A DNA stretch of 63,803 nucleotides, the filler included, from an uncultured Methanosarcinales archaeon (GTDB lineage Archaea; Nanobdellota; Nanobdellia; Woesearchaeales; GW2011-AR9), in the NCBI GenBank assembly GCA_964434885.1. It is 4 parts of 4 records of this genome, joined end to end, with 100 filler letters (N's around TTAATTAATTAA, not from the genome) between each part and the next. Parts side by side here need not be neighbours in the genome. Positions count along the whole stretch, not along the records: positions 49,922 to 63,803 come from CAYSWQ010000023.1; 3 more parts are not named here. One strand, 5' to 3'. The position numbers were made by a program, and so were the translations under genes. This document shows positions 56,514 to 63,803 of this stretch, one piece after another (position 1 is the stretch's first letter; each line of letters begins with the position of its first letter). Under the pieces are notes generated by a model, which did no database searches, was not told where the DNA came from, and was given only the letters and a program-made list of their open reading frames with translations.

Positions 56514-58817
56514 ATGGTAGGTCCAAAAGAAAAAAAGTGTTTTGAATATGATGTATATCATGAAGGAGAGAATAAAGTTTTGAAGGTTTATTGTGAAAAA
56601 TGTACTTTTCCTCCTTCGATTGAAGATAGTTCCTTGTGTTTATCAAAAACCATTGATCTATTACAACAAGTTTCTGGAGTAACAATTATAATTATTTCTC
56701 AGCGTCGTGAATATGAATATGATTATTCTCAAGTTTCTTTATTGGTTGAGTTAGCTCAGTTTTATAGAGCAGTAAACAAAGAACAGAGATATTCACATTC
56801 GGCTTTAGTTACTGATCCTTTGCATGAAAGATATTTGAAATCTAGTTATGCTGTATTTCAGAGAATAATTTCTCATAAATTAAAAGAAGACCCAATTCGT
56901 GCTTATGTTGAGTTAAAAAGGTTGTTGAGGAGAGAAAAGATTAAACTTAATAATTTGATCGATGAAAGACATCAAACCAGTCAAAATAGATTTATTGGAG
57001 TTGTACATGAAGTTATTGATACTTTAGAAAAAACTAAATTTATTACTTTAATAACTCCACACTTACATAATTATGAAGTAGGTACTCGAGAAATTTATAA
57101 GAACGTATTCCATCCTTCCACTAGACCAGATTTCATGTATACAAAGTTAATTGCTGAGTATCCAGAGGGAGAAATCGCTGAAAGTTATAATTTTGGAGAT
57201 GGAGTAGAAAAAGCAGATGTAACTTTGTTTAATTTTCCAGATAATATTAAAACATTATATCATCTTAATCCTCCAGAATTTAAATTTACAGAAGATGAAT
57301 ATGGTTTGTTGGATGATGCTAAAAGAATTATGGCGGAGCATAAACCTACACAAGAAGAGTTTGTTAATCCACAAAGAATGAGGGAAGTTTTTTTTAGTAT
57401 TGGACAAGATTTGATAAGAGATTTAGCTAAACAAAAAAGTATTCCTTTAGAAGATCAACAAGTAGAACAATTGGCACAATCTCTATTAAGATACACAGTT
57501 GGTTTTGGTTTGATTGAGGTTTTGTTGGCAGATCCAAAAGTACAAGATGTAAATATCAATTCACCAAATGGAGAATTACCTATTTTTTTAGTTCATCAAG
57601 ATTATGGTGATTGTTATACTAATATTTACCCAACTAAACAAGAAGTTGATTCTTGGGCAACTAAATTAAGATTGATTTCAGGTAGGCCGCTCGATGAAGC
57701 AAACCCTATTTTAGATACTGAGTTAGAAATAACTAGTTTTACTTCAAGGGTTTCAGCAGTAACTGCCCCTTTGAATCCGATGGGTTTGGCTTTTTCTTTT
57801 AGAAGACATAGAGATCATCCTTGGACATTTCCATTGTATATGCAACCTAAAGTAAAGATGATGAATGCTTTAACAGCCGGATTATTGTCTTTTTTGATTG
57901 ATAATAATGCAACGATGTTGATTGCAGGAACAAGAAGTTCTGGAAAGTCTAGTTTACTTGGTTCTGTATTAGTGGAGATAATGCGTCGTTCTAGGATTTT
58001 GACAATTGAAGATACTTTTGAACTGCCAGGTAATTCATTACGAGAATTGGGTTTTAATATTGAGAGTTTGAAAGTTGGTTCGGCTTTATCAACAAAAGAA
58101 GCAGGTTCAGAAGTAGATGCTTCAACAGGAATTAGATCTACCTTGCGTTTAGGAGATTCGGCTTTGTTTGTGGGTGAAGTGAGAAGTAAAGAAGCCATTT
58201 CACTTTTTGAAGCCATGCGAGTAGGAGCTGCGGCCAACGTGGTAGCAGGAACGATTCACGCTGCTTCTCCTTATGGCGTATATGACCGGGTAGTTAATGA
58301 TATTGGGGTTCCGAAAACTTCATTTAAGGCAGTAGATGTTATTATTCAGTGTAATCCAGTTAAATCTGCTTCTGGATTGAAGAAAGTGAAAAGAGTATTA
58401 GGAATCTCTGAAGTGAGAAAACAATGGGAAGAAGATCCATTGAAAGAAGGGGCTTTTGTTGATTTGATGAAATATAACTCCAAAACAGATGAAATGGAAA
58501 TTACTGATGATTTAATTAATGGTAATTCTGAGATTTTGAAAAGAATGGCAGGGAACATTAGAGAATTTGCAGGAGATTGGGATGCAGTTTGGAATAATAT
58601 TCAGTTAAGGGCAGATTGTAAACAAGCAATTGTAGATATTCATGAACAAGTAAAAGATGATTCTTTATTGGAGGCAGAATTTGTAATTAAGTGTAATGAT
58701 AGGTTTCATTTGTTAACAGACAAAGTACAAGAAGAAGTTGGAAGTATGGATGCAGAAAGGATTTTGTTTGAGTATAAAGAATGGTTGAAAGGAGAAGTGA
58801 AGAAGAGGAAGATGTGA
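56514..58817 (+). CDS. Type II/IV secretion (type IV filament) assembly ATPase, TadA/FlaI/VirB11-like
   Basis: Walker A GTRSSGKS, TIEDTFEL Asp box, LRLGD..LFVGEVR Walker B, GTIHA His box. Confidence 0.92.
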   Translation: MVGPKEKKCFEYDVYHEGENKVLKVYCEKCTFPPSIEDSSLCLSKTIDLLQQVSGVTIIIISQRREYEYDYSQVSLLVELAQFYRAVNKEQRYSHSALVTDPLHERYLKSSYAVFQRIISHKLKEDPIRAYVELKRLLRREKIKLNNLIDERHQTSQNRFIGVVHEVIDTLEKTKFITLITPHLHNYEVGTREIYKNVFHPSTRPDFMYTKLIAEYPEGEIAESYNFGDGVEKADVTLFNFPDNIKTLYHLNPPEFKFTEDEYGLLDDAKRIMAEHKPTQEEFVNPQRMREVFFSIGQDLIRDLAKQKSIPLEDQQVEQLAQSLLRYTVGFGLIEVLLADPKVQDVNINSPNGELPIFLVHQDYGDCYTNIYPTKQEVDSWATKLRLISGRPLDEANPILDTELEITSFTSRVSAVTAPLNPMGLAFSFRRHRDHPWTFPLYMQPKVKMMNALTAGLLSFLIDNNATMLIAGTRSSGKSSLLGSVLVEIMRRSRILTIEDTFELPGNSLRELGFNIESLKVGSALSTKEAGSEVDASTGIRSTLRLGDSALFVGEVRSKEAISLFEAMRVGAAANVVAGTIHAASPYGVYDRVVNDIGVPKTSFKAVDVIIQCNPVKSASGLKKVKRVLGISEVRKQWEEDPLKEGAFVDLMKYNSKTDEMEITDDLINGNSEILKRMAGNIREFAGDWDAVWNNIQLRADCKQAIVDIHEQVKDDSLLEAEFVIKCNDRFHLLTDKVQEEVGSMDAERILFEYKEWLKGEVKKRKM

Positions 58818-58874
58818 TATTTCTCGTAATCTTTTTAAACACTTGAATTACTCTTTAATAAAAGAGGCAATTAG

Positions 58875-61052
58875 ATGGGTGAAGAACAAGAATATCAGGA
58901 ATTGTTAGATAAGTATAAAGCTAAGATTAAATCTGAATTGGGGCAAGAGGTTAAGGCTGCTCCCAGTATGGAATCAAGAGAGTATTTGCAATTTAAGAAT
59001 GAGATTTATCCTCAAACATATTCTTTGTATGAAAAAGCCTGTAATTTTTCTGAGAATTTATTGAAATTAAAAGCAGATCCAAAGAAAGCACCAGCGATGC
59101 AGGAAGATATTGATTTATGTCATTTACAAATAACCCCTTCTGGGGTAATGTCCTTGGCAATTTTGTTGCCTTTAGTAGTTATTGTGTTTGGTTCTTTGAT
59201 TGCTTTTGCAGTTTTTAATATGATGTTCTTTGTTTTTTTCTTTGTCTTTGCAGGGGCAGTTATGATTCCTGCTTTGCAGAAAGTTCCTTCTTTTATGGCT
59301 AATTCTTGGCGAATGAAGGCTTCGAATCAAATGGTACAATGTATTTTTTATTTGGTTACATACATGAAACATACTTCTAACTTAGAACGAGCAATTGAAT
59401 TTGCTTCTAATCACTTAACTGCACCTTTATCATTAGATATGAAGAAAGTATTGTGGAATGTGGAAACACAAAAATTTCCATCGATTAAAGAATCTTTTGA
59501 GGATTTTTTAGCGAAATGGCAAAAGTGGGATAAAGAATTTGTTGAAGCGGCACATTTGGTTGAGTCATCATTGTATGAAGGTTCAGAAGATCGTCGTTTG
59601 ACTTTATTGGATAAATCTTTAGATGTTGTATTAACTGGAACTTATGAAAATATGTTGCATTATGCCCATAACTTAAAAGGTCCGATGACAATGTTGAATA
59701 TGTTGGGAATTATCTTGCCGATTTTGGGTTTGGTAATTTTGCCATTAGTAGTTTCTTTTATGTCCGGAGATAGTGCTTCTCCTTTGACTATGGTAATTTA
59801 TATTGCGATGTTGTATAATGTTACGATTCCAATTGCAGTTTTTTATTTAGGAAAAGTAATTTTATCTAAGAGACCAACTGGTTATGGAGACACTGATGTT
59901 TCAGAAGGTAATCCTTCAGTTAGTAAATTTAAAAATGTAATTATACCTTTGGGAAAAGGTTTGGAAATTAAGTTGAATCCTCTTTATTTTTCAGTAGTTG
60001 TTTTTGTGGTTTTATTTATTATTGGTTTCAGTCCAATTATTTTGCATACCATGAATAATGATTTTGAAATTAAGATTGGAGATACTTTTAAGATGTTAGG
60101 TTATATTTGTCCACCAGATATTGCCAAATGTAAAGCTTCAGAAAAACTTGGACCTTATGGTTTAGGGGCCTCTTTATTATCTCTAGTTGCTTTAGCAGGG
60201 ATAGGATTATCGATAGGATTGTTTTTTAAATTGCGTTCTAAGAATGTTTACAAAATCAGACAAGAGACTAAAAAGTTGGAAGATGAGTTTGCTTCGGCTT
60301 TGTTTCAGTTAGGTAATCGGTTAGGAGATGGTTTACCAGCAGAAATTGCGTTTGCTAAAGTTGCAGATGGGATGCAAGGAACAACGTCGGGTAATTTTTT
60401 TAATTTGATTGAAAAGAATATTACTAAATTGGGAATGGGAGTACAGGAAGCTATTTTTGATCCGAAAGTAGGGGCGTTAGTTTATTTTCCTTCTAAGGTA
60501 ATTGAATCTTCAATGAAAGTAATGATTGAATCGGTTAAAAAAGGCCCTCAAATTGCAGCTCAAGCATTATTATCAATGTCTAGATATATTAAAGAGATTC
60601 ATCGAGTTAATGAGAGGTTAAAAGATTTAATGGCAGATACGATTAGTTCAATGAAATCACAAGTTAAGTTTTTAACACCAGCAATTGCAGGAATTGTTAT
60701 TGGTATTACTTCTATGATTTCTACTATTTTAACCAGATTGGCATCTAAATTAACAGAATTTTCTTCTCAAGGACAAGGGGCAGGCCCAATGGGAAATATG
60801 TTTGATATTTTTGGAATTGGAATCCCTACTTTTTATTTCCAAATGACAGTTGGTATTTATGTAGTACAGATTGTTTATATTTTGACTTTGCTTTCTAATG
60901 GAATAGAGAATGGATCAGATAAGTTAGGTGAGAAGTATGCAATTGGAAATAATATGATTAGGAGTGTGTTGATGTATTGTGCTTTGGCAGGAATTGTGAT
61001 GTTGTTGTTTAATTTGTTTGCGTCTACGATAATGGGAAATACCTTGGGTTAG
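58875..61052 (+). CDS. Type IV filament platform membrane protein (TadB/TadC/FlaJ-like, duplicated T2SSF)
   Basis: Follows the ATPase; two TM clusters, each after a cytoplasmic helical domain (NLERAIEFAS; EFASALFQLGNRLGDGLPAEIAF). Confidence 0.85.
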   Translation: MGEEQEYQELLDKYKAKIKSELGQEVKAAPSMESREYLQFKNEIYPQTYSLYEKACNFSENLLKLKADPKKAPAMQEDIDLCHLQITPSGVMSLAILLPLVVIVFGSLIAFAVFNMMFFVFFFVFAGAVMIPALQKVPSFMANSWRMKASNQMVQCIFYLVTYMKHTSNLERAIEFASNHLTAPLSLDMKKVLWNVETQKFPSIKESFEDFLAKWQKWDKEFVEAAHLVESSLYEGSEDRRLTLLDKSLDVVLTGTYENMLHYAHNLKGPMTMLNMLGIILPILGLVILPLVVSFMSGDSASPLTMVIYIAMLYNVTIPIAVFYLGKVILSKRPTGYGDTDVSEGNPSVSKFKNVIIPLGKGLEIKLNPLYFSVVVFVVLFIIGFSPIILHTMNNDFEIKIGDTFKMLGYICPPDIAKCKASEKLGPYGLGASLLSLVALAGIGLSIGLFFKLRSKNVYKIRQETKKLEDEFASALFQLGNRLGDGLPAEIAFAKVADGMQGTTSGNFFNLIEKNITKLGMGVQEAIFDPKVGALVYFPSKVIESSMKVMIESVKKGPQIAAQALLSMSRYIKEIHRVNERLKDLMADTISSMKSQVKFLTPAIAGIVIGITSMISTILTRLASKLTEFSSQGQGAGPMGNMFDIFGIGIPTFYFQMTVGIYVVQIVYILTLLSNGIENGSDKLGEKYAIGNNMIRSVLMYCALAGIVMLLFNLFASTIMGNTLG

Positions 61053-61077
61053 GTTTTTTTTTAAGAAATTTAAAAAG

Positions 61078-61151
61078 TGGGAACGGTGGGATTTGAACCC
61101 ACAACATCCAGATCTTCAGTCTGGTGTTCTCCCAGATTGAACTACGTTCCC
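61078..61151 (-). tRNA. trnF: tRNA-Phe(GAA), no intron, CCA not encoded
   Basis: GGGAACG acceptor stem, anticodon arm CCAGA-CTGAAGA-TCTGG, T arm GTGGG-TTCAAAT-CCCAC. Confidence 0.95.
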
Positions 61152-61236
61152 GATGAGATTACAAATTAACCTTTCATTTATAAGATTTTCTTTTGAATTA
61201 TGGTTAAATTTATATACCCTAAAGTTTTACTTTTAG

Positions 61237-61917
61237 ATGATGGAAGAAAAAAAGAGTGTAGGTTTATTAGAAGATAAGGCGTTTTGGTTGGCTTTAGCTT
61301 GTGTAGTTGTTATTTTGTCATCAATCTGGTTATTCGATTACGAAGGGATTGTAGGTAATGTAGTGCAAAGTGTTTCTTATTTGAAGGAAGATAGTGAATT
61401 GAGAATAGGTGTTAATGATGTTGAGGGATTATATGTTGCTAATTTTAAATTTTTGGGAGCAGTTAGTGATTCTACAATTAAAATTGAAGAAGATTCAAGT
61501 ATTCCTTTTGATGGGATTGTTTATTCTAAATTTAAAATGTCTTTTAGTAATGGGGAGAAATTAGAGAAAGTTACTTTTACATTAAAATTAAAAGAAGATA
61601 AATTAAAAAAATTGGGTTTGTCTAAGGAAGATGTTAAAGTTTATGTGGAAAATGATGAATTAGGATTGTTTACAACCACTGATCCAAGTTTGGAATCTTC
61701 ACAAAATTATCTTTATTACAATGTTGTTAGTTCTAAAAAAGGAAATTTCGTAATTGGTAAAAAAACAAAAGTTGCTCAAGCAGCTGAAGTTAAACCCGTT
61801 GTTGAAAAGAAGGTTGAAGTTAAGAAACCAGTTGTAAAGAAACCAACACCAAAACCAGCTCCAGTTGAGAAAGGATTTTTTTCTAAAATTATTGATTTCT
61901 TTAAGAATTTATTTTGA
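61237..61917 (+). CDS. Membrane-anchored surface protein (PGF-pre-PGF-like domain)
   Basis: TM followed by GIVGNVV; VYSKF...VTFTLK...L.K.GLSKEDV; Lys/Pro tail ending FFSKIIDFFKNLF. Confidence 0.6.
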   Translation: MMEEKKSVGLLEDKAFWLALACVVVILSSIWLFDYEGIVGNVVQSVSYLKEDSELRIGVNDVEGLYVANFKFLGAVSDSTIKIEEDSSIPFDGIVYSKFKMSFSNGEKLEKVTFTLKLKEDKLKKLGLSKEDVKVYVENDELGLFTTTDPSLESSQNYLYYNVVSSKKGNFVIGKKTKVAQAAEVKPVVEKKVEVKKPVVKKPTPKPAPVEKGFFSKIIDFFKNLF

Positions 61918-61965
61918 TTGATTGGTAAGACATAACTAAATCAAGAAAAAAAATAAAAAAAAGAA

Positions 61966-62091
61966 CTAGTACCCACGGCACTTATCACAGTAATATCTGT
62001 TTGCGTTGGTTACTACAATGCGTCTTCCGCATCCTTTGCAGCGCCTTTGGATTTTAAACTTTTTAACTTCCTGGAAGATATGCTGCTTCAA
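61966..62091 (-). CDS. Small basic Zn-ribbon protein (41 aa)
   Basis: Not in the track. TTG start with a GAAGGTGG SD: MKQHIFQEVKKFKIQRRCKGCGRRIVVTNANRYYCDKCRGY. Confidence 0.7.
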   Translation of the reverse strand: MKQHIFQEVKKFKIQRRCKGCGRRIVVTNANRYYCDKCRGY

Positions 62092-62229
62092 ATTTTACCA
62101 CCTTCTTTTTTGGAAAGTGCTGAGAACACACCTATACTCTCACCACCTTCTTTTTTTTTACAATTTGTAGAGGTAAACAAAACTAATATATAAATGTTTG
62201 TGGGTTTTCGTCTATTTTTTTGCAAAAAA

Positions 62230-62856
62230 TTACAAAAATTTAGGCAATCCGAATAATAAGAAAAGCCCTAAAACTACCATTCCAAACCAAACATAACGAT
62301 CCCATTCTAATATTTTTCTTCCATCAAAGTTGCCAAAAGGAATCAAATTAAAAATTCCTAGCCAGGCATTAATCATAAAACCAATTTGCAAAATAGGTAA
62401 TGTGAAACTTAATGCTAAAAAGACTAAAGCTAGAACGAAGTTAGTTAATGGTCCTGCTAAACTGATTTTTCCATTTTCTCTTAAGGTTACTCGACCGGCA
62501 ATCATTACTGCACCAGGAGCTGCAAAAATAAATCCAGTAACAGCTGCTAAACCTAAGGCAAGGTAAAGCATTTGATTGAAAGCTCTAAATTCAGCAGTAC
62601 AACCATAATGTTGAGCTAGAAATTTATGGGCTAATTCATGAAAAAGAAAACCCACTCCTGCAGTCATTAATGAGATAATAAATAAGACAATGAAAGAAGA
62701 GGAAAAGATTTGAGTGAGATTACCTTTAAATAAAGTAATTCCTCCAAAGACTAACGCAAAAGCTAAACTTAGTACAATCCATGCTTTTAAAATATCAATT
62801 AATTCAGTCTTAGAAGTTTTAATCTTTCCGATCTTCAGAGTTTTGTAGGTTTCCAT
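62230..62856 (-). CDS. Site-2 (M50) intramembrane metalloprotease
   Basis: HELAH HExxH, AGPLTN, FNLIPFGNFDG. Confidence 0.92.
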   Translation of the reverse strand: METYKTLKIGKIKTSKTELIDILKAWIVLSLAFALVFGGITLFKGNLTQIFSSSFIVLFIISLMTAGVGFLFHELAHKFLAQHYGCTAEFRAFNQMLYLALGLAAVTGFIFAAPGAVMIAGRVTLRENGKISLAGPLTNFVLALVFLALSFTLPILQIGFMINAWLGIFNLIPFGNFDGRKILEWDRYVWFGMVVLGLFLLFGLPKFL

Positions 62857-63025
62857 TGAGTTTGTTTTTAATAACTTGTTTTAAAATTTGAGCTGCTTCT
62901 TCAACACTTTGCAAAACAGTTAAGTCTGCAAAACTTTCTTCTGCACATTCTTGACAGTAATAATCAGGAGTGTCTTTAATTTTGAATTTTGCTTCCTCAT
63001 CACAAATGATACATTTCTTTGGCAT
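62819..63025 (-). CDS. Small Zn-finger protein
   Basis: CIIC...YCQECA. Confidence 0.7.
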   Translation of the reverse strand: MPKKCIICDEEAKFKIKDTPDYYCQECAEESFADLTVLQSVEEAAQILKQVIKNKLNGNLQNSEDRKD

Positions 63026-63068
63026 CTTTATTTTAGAAAGAATAATGATTTAAAAATATTTTGTAATT

Positions 63069-63758
63069 TTACTTTAACAAAAATCTTTCTAATTCTTCTA
63101 TTTCGTGAGTAGTTACGGCACAACCATTGTATTTTGTAGTCCAGAGAATTGAGTTTACTAACATTTGTTTTCCTGTTTTTAATCTAGGAATATAGTTGTC
63201 TAGGATTCCTAGTTTGTAGGCAGTTCCTACCAATTCTATAGATCTAACAATTTTAATTGCTTTTAATTGGTCGGAGAATTTTTTCATATTGGTTGGGTTG
63301 CCAGTTACATCTCGTTTAAATCTAATTTCTAAAAGTTTCTCCATTTCTTTGTAATTTTCAATGAATAATCTTAATGTTCTTTCGTCCATGACAACCCCTT
63401 CTGATTGTAATTGTAATGCAGAAGCAACGGATTCCATTTCTCCAGCTTGAATAATATCCATAGTTTTGTTTTTGATTTTAAAAGAACTGTTAGCTAATTT
63501 TTTTAATTCTAAAACTCTTTTTTGAGGGACTTCTTTGTAAATTTCTAAAGTCCCTTCACGAATGTGTTTCATTACTTGTAAGGCTTCGAAACCAAATCTT
63601 TTAATTTTTAGTGGTCGATCAATTAATTCAATTTTGACAGCAGGGGTGATGTAAAATTTACCGTTGAAATGTTTTTTCAATTCTGGTAGGATCCAATCTA
63701 ACCTAGACATGACTAAAGAGATGATTGGTCCAGCATCGAAAAAAAGACATTTTACCAT
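63069..63758 (-). CDS. PIN-domain-like protein
   Basis: FFDAGPIISL, TPAVKIEL, AGEMES, VMDERT acidic residues; GGAGG RBS. Confidence 0.7.
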   Translation of the reverse strand: MVKCLFFDAGPIISLVMSRLDWILPELKKHFNGKFYITPAVKIELIDRPLKIKRFGFEALQVMKHIREGTLEIYKEVPQKRVLELKKLANSSFKIKNKTMDIIQAGEMESVASALQLQSEGVVMDERTLRLFIENYKEMEKLLEIRFKRDVTGNPTNMKKFSDQLKAIKIVRSIELVGTAYKLGILDNYIPRLKTGKQMLVNSILWTTKYNGCAVTTHEIEELERFLLK

Positions 63759-63803
63759 TTTCTATCCTCCTTTTTTTCGGGCTTGTCATTCGGCCAAACA
63801 TCT

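Noticed and set aside
61078..61151. tRNA-Phe as the integration site of a mobile element
   Set aside because: No duplicated tRNA 3' end or integrase seen in the window

Overview
AT-rich archaeal sequence, most likely a DPANN genome (Woesearchaeales-like). This rests on ribosomal protein eS6, archaeal FtsZ, translin, an archaeal type IV filament ATPase/platform pair, class III signal peptides and TATA-box promoters. The window is four contigs joined by artificial 100-bp spacers (44N-TTAATTAATTAA-44N at 17387-17486, 34099-34198, 49822-49921), so adjacency across a spacer means nothing. Contig 1 is a surface-glycan locus (GT-C, GT2, GT4, UDP-xylose synthase, two B12-radical SAMs, a sulfatase-like enzyme) ending in phosphonate biosynthesis genes (phosphonopyruvate decarboxylase and a cytidylyltransferase/AEP-transaminase fusion). 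Contig 2 has a Cys-rich surface-protein operon, rps6e, pyrE/pyrF, an apparently inserted atypical HemN-like radical SAM, ftsZ and a candidate R-M pair. Contig 3 has class I GAPDH, enolase and a ~12-kb operon of secreted or pilin-like proteins carrying four apparent cell-wall-hydrolase domains (two NlpC/P60-like, one SleB-like, one DUF2272/CHAP-like at the tip of a 1982-aa protein). That operon is the best candidate for an undescribed system, a possible bacterium-attacking surface apparatus. Contig 4 has a DUF6939/macrodomain pair, U32, translin, three paralogous membrane proteins, the pilus ATPase and platform, tRNA-Phe and small Zn-finger proteins. All family calls come from motif recognition by eye; no database search was run.
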